A stretch of 64,000 nt of DNA from Octopus sinensis. Its lineage: Eukaryota. The stretch lies in assembly GCF_006345805.1 (NCBI RefSeq), contig NC_043000.1, positions 41,726,001 through 41,790,000 of the forward strand, written 5' to 3'. Shown here one piece after another: positions 1 through 12,102 of the stretch; the first letter of the stretch is position 1, and the number at the start of each line of letters is the position of its first letter. The position numbers and the translations under genes were made by a program. The notes under the pieces were generated by a model, which was not told where the DNA came from, made no database searches, and was given only the letters and a program-made list of their open reading frames with translations.

Positions 1-705
1 TGCGGTTTCACAACGCCGACCTGCATTTTACTAAACACGTCTGCAGCAGCTGCTGCTGCGGTGACCGTTGCACAAATACAGCAGCAACAACAACAACAAC
101 AACAACAACAGCAACAGCAGCAACAACAGCAACAACAGCAACAACTTCAGCAGCAACAAGAGGAGCAGCATCAACAACAACAGCAATTATTATTAATAAG
201 TGGAAATAGTTATACTTGTGCAAACCAACTTTCGCAACAGCAGCAACAACAACAGCAGCAAAAGCAACAGCAGCAACAACAGCAGCAACAACAACAACAA
301 CAGCAGCAGCAGCAACAACAGCAACAACAGCAGCAGCATGAGCAACAGCAGCAGCAGTTGTTGTTAATAAGCGGCAACAGCTATCCTCTGCACACGAATG
401 CACCGTCCTATCAGCAGCACCAAGAACAAGACCAACAACAACAACAACAACAACAACAGCAGCAGCTGCTGCAGCAAGACCAACAGTTGCAACTTCAGGA
501 ATACCCAAGCCAACATCGCCATCAGCATCAGTCACAACAACAACAACAACAGCAACAACAACAGCAACAACAACGAGGGCAGGAATCGCAGGAGGATTAC
601 CAAATCAAGAAAATACCTTCACTTAATAGACTAACTTCGACCGTGACATTGGCGCCAGTTAGAATTGTCAAAAACGCTCAAATGCTTTCTGTCTTCCCTC
701 TGCTC

Positions 706-744
<39 letters not shown>

Positions 745-771
745 AGTAACAACAACAACAACAACAACAGC

Positions 772-801
<30 letters not shown>
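1..801 (+). CDS. ASCL1: Probable N-terminal polyA/polyQ/polyN extension of the same ASCL protein (5'-partial; 1-bp frameshift at ~802)
   Basis: Frame 1 is open from base 1, with mixed CAA/CAG glutamine runs and a duplicated LLLISGNSY peptide whose differences are all synonymous. Restoring one A in the AAT tract (aat aat AT aat) fuses it to the bHLH frame, which has no ATG before 1326. Confidence 0.7.
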
Positions 802-802
<1 letters not shown>

Positions 803-1218
803 TAATAATAATAATAATAATACCACCACCCCTGCTATCACCGCCGCCAACACCCTCCAAAACAACAACGATAACAACAATAACAACACCACTGTAACTA
901 CTCTCACGAACAAAAAGAACAGCATCATCACCACCACCACCACCAACATCAAAAACAGTGGCAACGACAGTTATTTTACTCTTAACACCGACCCGGTAAC
1001 TATTTCTACACATACCGTCTTAAATGGAAACGATAGGGTTCGATCTCATATCGCTTCCTCGAACAACGGTACAAAATGCAGCGAACATCATCAACAGCAA
1101 AACCATCATCAACATCATCAGTTGCATCTACAACAGCAGCAACAACAACAACAACAACAACAACAGCAACAACCACACATATATCAGCAACAACAGATTC
1201 CTCGTTTTCACCAACAGC

Positions 1219-1255
<37 letters not shown>

Positions 1256-1757
1256 CAAACAACAACACCAGCCAGAACTTTTACGCTGCAAAAGACGAAT
1301 TGATTTTTCAGATCTTGGGTTTACAATGCCGCGTGCACAACCAGCTGCAGTGGCCCGGCGCAACGAGCGTGAGAGAAACCGTGTCAAACTGGTCAATCTG
1401 GGATTCGAAACCCTCCGGGAACATGTGCCAAGCGGCCGTAAGAACAAGAAGATGAGTAAAGTGGAAACATTACGTGCAGCTGTGCAGTATATCAAACGAC
1501 TACAGGAACTATTGCAACATGGAAAGGACTTCATGAACATCAAAGAATTGCAAGCATGTGCAGCGGCTGCAGTGGCAGTTACAGCTTCGAACGTTGACAC
1601 AACAGCCAAAACAGCTGCACGTTTATCGCCCCGTCCAAATTCAGACCGCAGCGCTTCACCTTCTTCCAGCCTCTATTCGGATTCATGCAGCTCCACTTGC
1701 GACCCATTCCCAGCTGACGAAGATGATTTTATGGACTTTTCAAATTTACTTTCATAA
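801..1757 (+). CDS. ASCL1: Achaete-scute family (ASC-a / ASCL1-like) bHLH transcription factor, bHLH-containing reading frame
   Basis: The frame is open from 801 to TAA at 1755-1757. It encodes [81 protein letters not shown] (bHLH ~1353-1514), the ASCL1-type pre-basic motif plus bHLH, and an acidic tail ([18 protein letters not shown]). No intron is needed. The symbol indicates family similarity, not proven orthology. Confidence 0.95.
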
Positions 1758-1922
1758 GCTAAGATGTTCGTTAATCATTGTATTAATTTGGCGACCAGTG
1801 GGTTTGTTTTGATATTTTCGTGTTATTATTTAGTTCCATTTTTTTTTTGTTTGTGTTGCAGTTTGATAGACAGGGATGGGGAAATCTCTCGTATAACAAT
1901 ATATATGTCTGCGTATACAAAC

Positions 1923-1967
<45 letters not shown>

Positions 1968-2016
1968 GACAGATAGATAGATGGGTAGATAGATAGATAG
2001 ATAGATAAAAAAATAA

Positions 2017-2068
<52 letters not shown>

Positions 2069-2072
2069 ATAT
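1923..2072. repeat. (CA)n followed by (GATA)n microsatellite
   Basis: Direct inspection. Confidence 0.95.
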
Positions 2073-2239
2073 GCAAACTTTTAAAATTTGGATTAATGTG
2101 TTAGAAAGATAACATAAATGTGTACTAATGTGTATAAAATAATTTTTATTTTCAATAATTTTTTGACATATTTTTTATAAAATAATTGTTTTTCATATTT
2201 TTAAACATTATTTAAAGTTAATTTGGAATAGTATAGTTC

Positions 2240-2357
2240 ATGCATATATATATGCATACATACATACATATATACATATATGTCTAGTAGACATATGTAT
2301 GTACATTTATACATACATGTGTGTGCACACGTGTGTCTGTATACTGTATATATACAT

Positions 2358-2422
<65 letters not shown>

Positions 2423-2874
2423 ATATATATATATGCATATATATATGTACACATACACCACATCTATATATATTTGTGTGTATTGACAACCGTTTACTGT
2501 TTCTTCCAAAATTATAACATATAATATATATATACATACACACATATATATGCATGTATGTATATATATACATCCATGTATGCATATTCAGAAGCACTTG
2601 ATGGTATTACTCCTTTCCATTTTTTTTTGGGGGGGGGGAAGAGGGGTAAAAACCAAACCAAACAAAAAAATAAAAAGACATTTGCTACCAAAGTTCTCAT
2701 ATTTCATTCTCGATCGTTAATAATGTTTGAAAACAAAAATGGGAATAAACATTACAATAACAAGTAATATTGACAAGGTCCGTGACCATGAGCTTGTACC
2801 GGTTAGGGATTGTTATATATACCCGCTTCATATATATATATGTATCTATATCTATATATATATATATATATATA

Positions 2875-2913
<39 letters not shown>

Positions 2914-2921
2914 ATATATAT

Positions 2922-2957
<36 letters not shown>

Positions 2958-2965
2958 CACGCTTC

Positions 2966-2998
<33 letters not shown>

Positions 2999-3214
2999 GT
3001 ATGTATGTATGTATATATATATATACATGTATATATACATATATATGTATATATATACTTGTCTGTATATGTATATAAATACACACATATATATGTGTAT
3101 ATATATATATATATTATATATATATATACATACATACACATATATATATATACATGTATATATATATGTATATATATACTTGTCTGTATTTGTATATGTA
3201 TATAAATACACATA

Positions 3215-3274
<60 letters not shown>

Positions 3275-3805
3275 AATATACATATATATATATTGATTTA
3301 TACGCGTGTCTGCGTGTGTGTTTGTTTGTTCCTTATTAAAAAACGCAAATGTATGCAGACAGAAACATACTCATGCACATAAAATGTAATGTGCATCACA
3401 CGAACACATACATACTACTATACACGTATGGGCACAAATGTAGATTGGAACATGATAACAGCAGAGAATACAGTGGGATACGGAAAGATACTTAACAAGT
3501 GTCAAATATGAAATGTGTGCATGGACATGTAATATGTAAAATATACAATAATTAACGTGTGTGTGTGTGCGTGTGTATATATATAAGTATATGTATGTTG
3601 GTATATACAAACATACGTATATATGCACATTAATACATACATATGCATAAGTATATAACGTAGATGTGCACGTTTATGGGTATATATATATATGATGTAT
3701 ATCATGAACATATGTATACATCATATACACATAAATATATTTTTGTATTTGTTTATGTAAATGTGTTATATATATGTATATTTAGATATATATTATATAT
3801 TATAA

Positions 3806-3852
<47 letters not shown>

Positions 3853-3876
3853 TATATATGTGTATGCATATATCTT

Positions 3877-3923
<47 letters not shown>

Positions 3924-4130
3924 AATACAAAGATATATATATATTATATATATAATTAATGTATTATGATATAACATAATTAGATAAACAAGATAGATAG
4001 ATAGATATACATATATGAAGATATTGTATACATACATATAAACATAAATACATACATACAAACATCATACATACATACATACATACATACATCATACATA
4101 CATACATACATACATACACACATACATACA
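2240..4130. repeat. Compound (TA)n/(TG)n/(CATA)n microsatellite field with short embedded unique fragments
   Basis: Direct inspection; source of the many YIYIYI-type ORFs. Confidence 0.95.
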
Positions 4131-4351
4131 TATTAGAATATGAGGCGTTCGTCCGTTTGTGTTTCTGACATGTTTTCTTTCGCTATCTGTATAAAACTAA
4201 CAATGCTTTTACCGTCTTCTAATGATCTCAGTCAGTATGGGGGGAAAATTTTACTCAGCCAAACAGCTGAACTATGGGTGATACTGAAAGTGAACTTTGA
4301 CAAGTTTGTTTGTATATAAGAATATCGATATGTATTTATATATGTAGAATA

Positions 4352-4576
4352 AAGAAGGCGGCGAGCTGGCAGAAACGTTAGTACGCCGGGCGAAATGCGT
4401 AGCCGTATTTCGTCTGCCGTTACGTTCTGGGTTCAAATTCCGCCGTGGTCGACTTTGCCTTTCATCCTTAAATTAAGTACCAGTTACGCACTGGGGTCGA
4501 TATAATCGACTTAATCCGTTTGTCTGTCCTCGTTTATCCCCTCTGCGTTTAGCCCCTTGTGGGTAGTAAAGAAATA
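4352..4576 (+). mobile_element. tRNA-derived SINE (family A), with 15-bp target-site duplication
   Basis: Head GGCGGCGAGCTGGCAGAA, B-box-like GGTTCAAATTCC, tail CCCCTTGTGGGTAGTAAAGAAATA. TSD TATATATGTAGAATA at 4337-4351 and 4577-4591. Confidence 0.9.
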
Positions 4577-5202
4577 TATATATGTAGAATATGGAATATA
4601 TATTTATTATACCTTTTTATACATTGTAATTTGTATGTCCATGTGGAGATGTATGTTTATATGTGTGTGTATGTGAATGTGTGTATGATATATATATATC
4701 ATATCCAATGAACTTTATATATATATATCTTATATCTGTATGTATGAAATTTTCTATGTATGCATTTATGTATGTATGTGTATATACATTTATTTTTGTA
4801 TAAGTGCGCTCGCGAATCTATGCGTATGAACGTTGTTCTAATTGAAAACATACGCTACCAACATCTGTCTCCTCCTCTTCCTGCTCATCATCATCATCAT
4901 TATCAACATTGTCATCACCACCACCACCACCAACAACAACACATCATCATCATCATTATCATCACCATCAACGACTTGTGCCTATATTAGAAATTATTTT
5001 GGTATAAAAGCTGAGACAGGGCAAGAATTGGCCCGGCTATATTTTTTCGTTCCTCTTTTATGATCCTTTCTCCTAAAATATATGTGCCTTGAAGTGAATA
5101 GGTTTTGAGTTCAAATCCTGCAGATGTCAACTCTGCATTTACTCCTTCTGGGGATAGACAAAATCAAGTACAAACGTTGATTTAATCAAGATTTTTTGCC
5201 TT

Positions 5203-5371
5203 GTACTCATCATCATTCATCTCCATCATCGTCATCACATCCATCATCATCACCATCGTCGTCATCTTCATCAGCATCATCACCATCGTCGTCATCATCA
5301 TTAACACAATCATCAACAACATAATCATCATCAACATCATCATCATCATCATCATCCTCATCATCATCGTC

Positions 5372-5402
<31 letters not shown>

Positions 5403-5620
5403 ATGTCATCCTTATCACTATCTTCGTCGTCATCGACGTTATCATCGCCCCCACCATCTCCATCATCATCATCATGATCATCATCATCATGATCATCATC
5501 ATCATCATGATCATCATCATCATCATGATCATCATCATCATCATGATCATCATCATCCTCATTACCATCGCCTATCATCAGCACCGCCACCATCATCGCT
5601 ATAATGGCCATCATAATCCT

Positions 5621-5665
<45 letters not shown>

Positions 5666-5682
5666 TCATCATCATCATCATT
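5203..5682. repeat. Degenerate (ATC)n trinucleotide tract
   Basis: Direct inspection; gives poly-I/H/M/D ORFs in all frames. Confidence 0.95.
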
Positions 5683-6713
5683 ATTTTATATATTTTATGA
5701 TAAAACATAAAACTCTCAAAGTGCGAACTGTATATCAAAAGTAACAAATATTAACCACGCACGCACACTCACACTCCCTCTTTCTTCCTCTCTCTTTTTC
5801 TCAAACACACACACACAAGGTGAACAAGAACGAAATATTTTATAAATTTTGTATTCAATATGCTGATCCAACGATCGCAATTATAAAAAAAAAACTACAA
5901 CCAAACTTTGTCTTCCTTATTAAAAGCTCTTTTGATATTTACAAATTACAAAATTGTGTTAGTCTTATTTTTTCACTTGTTTTGTTTTTCTTTGAAAGTT
6001 TACTGTTGTTGGTATTTTTAATTTGTTTGTTTTCAGGTAAGTTTTCTTAAAATCAAAGCATACACGGCTTCAGTTAATTTGTGTTTTGTTTCATTTTATT
6101 TATTTATTTTTAAATATTTTTCTGGTAAATGTAAATATACATTTGAAATTATCAAAAGATTTTCGAGTGCATTCACAGCATCGATATAGTTAAGTGACAA
6201 CCTACCTACTTATTTACCTGCTTATTTCTCAATCAATCACTCACTAAATAGAAAATATCTTTCTCTCTATATGTATACGAGCAAAACGCCCCCCGTCCAA
6301 GTTGTCAAACACTTAAACCAAATTTTCTCAAAACAACTAGTCCGACCGTCCGACAGGCCTCTCCTTTGAGAAACACTGATTTAACCTAAATTTGAGACAC
6401 CAGCAAAAGAAGAAATAAAGATAGACTTTTTTTCTATTCCAAAGAAAAACGATTTAATTCACACAAATATGCAACCGAAGTGTTTAAAGTACCAGTAATG
6501 ATAAGGCCGTTGACCGGGAGAACACAAACATGGTTTAAACAGTAAGCTTGGCAGGAAAGAAACGTGCCTTTAAGCAGTACAAAAACAACAAAAATGGAAG
6601 GTGCAGTTAAGTACAGGTTGACGGAAGAAAAGCAAGACAAAAACAGCTTTATCGATCGCATTTTCACCTGGAATCTACTTTCGTAATTTTTTCGAGACTT
6701 ATACACACCCTGA

Positions 6714-6950
6714 TACCTATTTCTTTATTACCCACAAGGGGCTAAGCATAGAGGGGACAAACAAGGACAGACATAGGTATTAAGTCGATTACATCGGCCC
6801 CAGTGCGTAACTGGTACTTAATTTATCGACCCCGAAAGGATGAAAGGCAAAGTCGACCTCGGCGGAATTTGAACTCAGAACGTAACGGCAGACGAAATAC
6901 CGCAAAGCATTTCGCACGGCGTGCTAACGCTTCTGCCAGCTCACCGCCTT
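6714..6950 (-). mobile_element. SINE family A, full monomer
   Basis: Reverse complement of the 4357 copy along its whole length. Confidence 0.9.
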
Positions 6951-7149
6951 TAGGTCGGTATCCACATATCAAATTTGAGCGCTATCGGATGGAGGATGCC
7001 CCAAATCCTAGAAGACACACACACAGACAGACAGAACGGATTTTATATAATAGATACACACATATAATTTAATAGAAACACACACACACAGACACACACA
7101 CACACACATACATATATATATGGGATGGGGTGTTGGCTCGGCTTATTTA

Positions 7150-7290
7150 TACCCCTGCAAACTTAGTTGTTCGATATCATACGTATGAAGCTTCAAAAGG
7201 AACTTGGGTCAATTCGACTGAAGTTCCTCAAGGCGGTGCCTCAGCATGAGCGCAATTTAATCGCTGAAACAAGTAAACAGGTAAGAGTAA
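7150..7290 (+). mobile_element. SINE family B, decayed 3' portion
   Basis: Contains TCAAGGCGGTGCCTCAGCATG...CTGAAACAAGTAA, shared with the 56.9 and 58.7 kb copies. Confidence 0.65.
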
Positions 7291-7472
7291 AGAAAAAGGA
7301 CATATATTTATATATTTATAATGTATATATACACATATGTTTATATATGTGCATATTTTGTTTAGTGTTGGTAACGTACTGTACCCATACATATATATAT
7401 ATATATATCCTTGCGTTGTTGTCTTTTTGTTTTCTGTTTGGATTAACTTTATATATATATATATATAATATA

Positions 7473-7534
<62 letters not shown>

Positions 7535-7712
7535 TATATACATATATATAGGGCACAGAAAGTGTGCCTAAAGCCAGCTGGAGGCGATGATCTCCTGGGG
7601 CTAAAAGCTACAGTAACACCCACCCTTAGTGGTTAGCCATATTGAGATGGCTTGTATACTTTACGTTATAAATACATACATATATATTATATATATACAT
7701 ATACATACATAT

Positions 7713-7779
<67 letters not shown>

Positions 7780-8159
7780 CACACACACACACACACACAA
7801 CACACATATATATATATATATACATATATATAGATCGATAGATAGATATAGATATATCACTGTATTGAGGAGACAAAAAGATATATATTGTTAAACACCG
7901 CTAGTTACAATGCACTGCCACGCATTGTGGTAGCTTCCGAATGATGCCACCCCACTGGCTAGGCAGGCAGGCCGACATTCCCCACCCGGAAGGCCAGTAT
8001 ATGACAGAGATACTCATCTAGAAGTGAGTGGGTCTGAGCAACGTGACACGATGACTTTTACCCAAATAGCACAACGCGTCGCTGGTCAGGAAATCTAAAT
8101 CGATATCTTGTGATCAGGAATACACCTATTGCATGTATAATTATGTATATATTTACATA

Positions 8160-8335
8160 TATCTGTTACTTGTTTCGGTCATTAGACTGTGGCCACGCTG
8201 GGGTGCTGCTTTAAACTTTTAGCCGAATGATTCGACCTCAGTACTTATTTTATTGGTCTCTTTTGCTGAACCCCTAAGTTACGGTGATGCAAACACACCA
8301 ACACCGCTTGTCAAGCGGTGGTAGAGAGATAATCA
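8160..8335 (-). mobile_element. SINE family B, 3' portion
   Basis: ACTTGTTTCGGTCATTAGACTGTGGCC...CACCAACACCGCTTGTCAAGCGG is the reverse complement of the family B tail. Confidence 0.8.
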
Positions 8336-8971
8336 AATAAATATATAGATATACATACACACACGCACACACATACACACGCACACCACACACAAACACA
8401 CATACATACACACACATATCTCTTATGATAAAAGGCAGATTTTCTCTGCCTGTTCCCATGTTCCTTTTTAATACAATTCTACAATATAGAATTTCTTCAA
8501 TTGGAATTTACCTATGATTTTTCCAAGTAGATTCCATTGGGTCATAGCATATAAAGTTTTTTTCAATTTGACCCCCAATTAAGCAAAAATTCGAGAAAAC
8601 TCAATATTTTACGATTTGCCTCTCTCATTTCAAGTGGTTTACTCCTGCTATTACCACCACACTTTCTCCTACTTTCTCTTTGCAAGTGTGAAACTATTAA
8701 AGTGAAAGTATTATATAACAGGGATGAGCCATTAATAGTGGTCATCCTTATTACTAGAGGAAGATCCGCTATGGTCTTATATGCTACACCACTGGTTTTC
8801 AATTCATATTAATCAAATTAATATTCAATTTTTCACCCTTATTATGTGTGTGTGTGTGTGTGTCTGTGTGTGTACTAGCAATTCGTATAAAATTGCATCA
8901 ATGACTTGAACTTGAATAAGTGGTTTCACATAAATGGGGATAAATTAAAAAGGTTTGTTGTTATTATTATT

Positions 8972-9443
8972 ACATGTACATCTATATATATACATCTACA
9001 CATAAAATACAAAATACAAAGTTATATCTTGATATCGCTATTGTAATCACGTTTGTTGGTTCCTCATCAGGGAAACGTTGTTGTGTTGCATTTGTTAAAT
9101 AATTGTAAACTGTAACCCTCCCCCTTTCGGAGAAGGGGCTTTGGTTATTGTTTAAAAATTGAATTATGTCCCTGTTTAGGGAAATTGACAATATTTTCAC
9201 CGTCTTTACGGAAGCATTTTTGTTAAAATGCCTTCGATAGAAGAAAGTCCAAAAATGAATTTCGCTGCAGCCGTACACTTCTATACAAGAGGGAGGACAA
9301 GATCCAATTGATCGAAATTGCAAGAGACGGGCCTACAATTCCAGTCTGTTATATATTTTGAGTATTGTTATCACTAGCGATATCATGATATAACTTTGTA
9401 TTTTGTATTTTATGTGTAGATGTATATATATAGATGTACATGT
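8972..9443. mobile_element. Short element with 69-bp inverted arms (possible Penelope-like footprint or MITE)
   Basis: 8972-9040 versus 9375-9443 match at 68/69 in inverted orientation, with a 334-bp spacer. Confidence 0.6.
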
Positions 9444-9539
9444 GATATGTACACATATATGTACACATATATACATGCATAATATATCTATCCATACACA
9501 CATACGCACACACACACACACACACACACATACAAAGGG

Positions 9540-9672
9540 GCAGGTGTGGCTGTGTGGTAACAAACTACGTTCCAAATACATGGTCCTGGGTTCAGTCCCA
9601 CTGTGTGGTGACTTGGCATGTGTCTTCTGCTGTAGCTTCAGACCAACAAAAGCCTTCTCAGTGGATTTTGTA
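9540..9672 (+). mobile_element. SINE family B, 5' portion
   Basis: GTGTGGCTGTGTGGTAA...GGGTTCAGTCCCACTG...GTGTCTTCTGCTGTAGC, shared with the 27.8, 39.9, 56.5 and 58.3 kb copies. Confidence 0.8.
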
Positions 9673-9749
9673 CATATATACAGGCATACATACATATATA
9701 TACATGCATACGTACATATTCGGCATAAACACTCTACCACTACAACTAA

Positions 9750-11603
9750 TAACTGTTGGGAACACTTTCAAACCTGCCTTACATTCGAACCGGAATCTCA
9801 AAAACATTGTCCCCTTCAGCGCCAAGCTCAACTGCTCTATCCTGACATGGAGGGTATCAGCAATGAAATCTTTAACAAAACACTCATTGACGTTGAAGAC
9901 AGAATTGCTAAACTGGGTGGAAATGAATTGTCGACGTATGGCTTGCCACAAGAATTCAGGTCAGGGTCAAATAGCCTTCCCACTGCTGTCATTCGTGAAA
10001 CAACCTACGACACTCAAGCGCTTTCAAAGTACATAGTTGAAAATGAGCCTAAATTACTTCCGGACCAGCTGCAGGCCTACAGAAGTATTCTTAACAGTGT
10101 ACGCCAACGCGAGGGACGAAGCTTCTTCCTCAATGCTCCTGGAGGGATAGGAAAAACATTTATTACAAAGCTTCTCCTTGCAGAAGTTAGGTAGCATCAG
10201 GACATTGCAGTAGCTGTAGCCTCCTCTGGCATTGCAACTACTTTGTTACCCGGTGGCAGGACAGCACACTCAACTTTTAAACTCCCTCTCAATTTAGCAG
10301 TATCCGAAATGCCTTCATGCAACATCAACAAAAGCTCAGATCAGGGACAAGTACTTAAAATGTGTTATGTAATTGTCTGGGATGAGTGCACTATGGCTCA
10401 CAGGGGAGCTTTGGAAGCATTAGATAGAGCCCTGAAAGACATCCGAGACTGTCAGGCTCCAGTGGGAGGTGCAACGCTTCTGTTGTCAGGTGATTTCAGC
10501 CAAACTCTTCCTGTCATTCCGAAAGGCACTAGAGCTGATGAAGTTCAAGCATGCCTAAAGTCCTCTACCCTGTGGCATCATGTTACAATCTTTAGTCTTA
10601 CCACTAACATGAGAGCTCAGCTACACGGCGACAAAATGTCCACAAAGTTTGCACAGGACATTTTGACACTTGGTGAATGCATGATGCTTCTCGATGCTGC
10701 AGGACAAATGGAAGTGTGGTCATTTTCCTCTGTTGTTAATTCTGTAGATGACCTCAAAAACAAAGTATTTCCCAACTTCATACAAAACTACCAAAATCAC
10801 AATTGGCTGTGTGAAAGAGCAATATTAGCTCCAAAAAACGTCGCTGTTAACAAAATTAATCAACAGCTAATGCATTCTCTTCCCGGCACTATACACACTT
10901 ACAAGTCTGTTGTTACAATTCCAGATATAAATGAAGTTGTGAACTATCCTCCTGAATTTCTCAATTCACTGGAGCCTCCTCGAATACCTCCACACATATT
11001 ACCACTTAAAGTTGGAACTCCTGTAATGCTACTCCGCAATCTGGAACCACCAAGACTTTGCAATGGAACACGACTGGTGATAAAGAAAATGATATTACAC
11101 GTTATCGAGGCGTTCATTCTTTCTGGATGTGGAAAAGGTGATGACGTCTTTATTACAAGATTTCCTCTTACTCCACCAGGAGCAGAAATTCCATTTACAT
11201 TCAGAAGACTGCAATTCCCCCTTTGTGTTAGCTTTGCCATGTCCATTAACAAATCTCAGGGTCAAACCCTCTCTGTAGCTGGTCTTCTCTTGGAAGAACC
11301 CTGCTTCTCGCACAGGCAACTGTATGTTGGCTGCTCAAGAGTAGGAACCAAAAGAAACCTTTTCGTATATGCTCCACAAGGAAAAACAAGGAACATTGTT
11401 TACAACGAGGTGTTATAATCTCAACAGCCAGGAGGTATATACATGATCCCCTTTCTTTTAACAAACTTCATGTACTTTCATGTATTTATATTAATATACA
11501 TATATTTGTGTGTGTGTGTGTGTGTGTGTATCCATATATATAGAACAGAAAAGTCTAATTCTTCTATTGAATGTAACCGGGCAACGCCGGGTATCTCTGC
11601 TAG
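9750..11603 (+). mobile_element. Helitron, 5'-truncated (helicase half plus 3' terminus)
   Basis: Intronless PIF1-family helicase sequence, then a subterminal GC hairpin (ACCGG GCAACG CCGGGT, 11576-11592) and terminal CTAG at 11600-11603 followed by T. This is the standard Helitron 3' end. Confidence 0.9.
9754..11418 (+). pseudogene. Helitron RepHel PIF1-like helicase domain, one in-frame stop
   Basis: Walker A APGGIGKT (10135-10158), VIVWDECTM, ILAPKN, LCNGTRL, FAMSINKSQGQTL and QLYVGCSRV. The two ORF-track pieces are in the same frame, separated by TAG at 10192-10194. Confidence 0.9.
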
Positions 11604-11699
11604 TATATATATAAATTGAGATTCAGTTGAATTGGGCACTTAAGTTGAATCACCAAGTCAGTGCGCTATTGTCTGTAGAATTCAAAGTAAGGTGAATAA

Positions 11700-12102
11700 A
11701 ATCAAAATAAGCAACAGGATATCAAGAAGTGATGCAGTACGACCGTTTCAAGCAATTCCATTTAATTGAACAATGCAATCATTACGTCAATTTAAATGCA
11801 GGGTTATCCTCAACTGATTAAAAAATAAATAGAATTTTTAATCAGTTGGACACATTAATATAATTTTACTTAAATCCTCTAATAGTGCTAGAAGAGGGAA
11901 AATGTCCATGTTGCTACTAATGTAGAGAATTTAAGTAAAATTATATTAATGTGTCCAAGTGATTAAAAAATTCTATTTATTTATGCAGCTGAGGATAGCC
12001 CTGCATTTAAATTGACGTAATGATTGCATTGTTCAATTAAGTGGGGCCGCTTGAAACAGTCGTACTTCATCACCTCTTGATATCCTGTTGCGTATTTTGA
12101 TT
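11700..12102. mobile_element. Fold-back/MITE-like element with ~180-bp inverted arms (second copy 13301-13708)
   Basis: 11700-11880 versus 11924-12102 are inverted, roughly 85-90% identical by eye, with a 43-bp spacer. Confidence 0.75.

Noticed and set aside
795-810. Programmed ribosomal frameshift joining the two ASCL frames
   Set aside because: There is no slippery heptamer or evident stimulatory structure; a 1-bp indel error in an AAT tract is simpler.
1024-1455. ATG-initiated [11 protein letters not shown].. overlapping the bHLH
   Set aside because: It is in the wrong frame for the bHLH, reads Q codons as poly-N, and has no conserved motif.
2770-2803. TTGACAA GGTC CGT GACC ...ACCGGT, resembling the 28.7-kb U3-A8 hammerhead
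   Set aside because: GAAA is absent and there is no stem I; it could be a decayed relative or chance.
8440-8800. Possible GIY-YIG remnant (minus-strand HTCKEKVGES)
   Set aside because: It is a single short motif amid stops, too weak to call.
9055-9080. Minus-strand CTGATGAGG as a hammerhead core
   Set aside because: There is no GAAA or closing stems in either standard or permuted order.
9754-11418. Domesticated host PIF1 gene
   Set aside because: It has an in-frame stop, no introns, a truncated 5' end and an intact Helitron terminus downstream.
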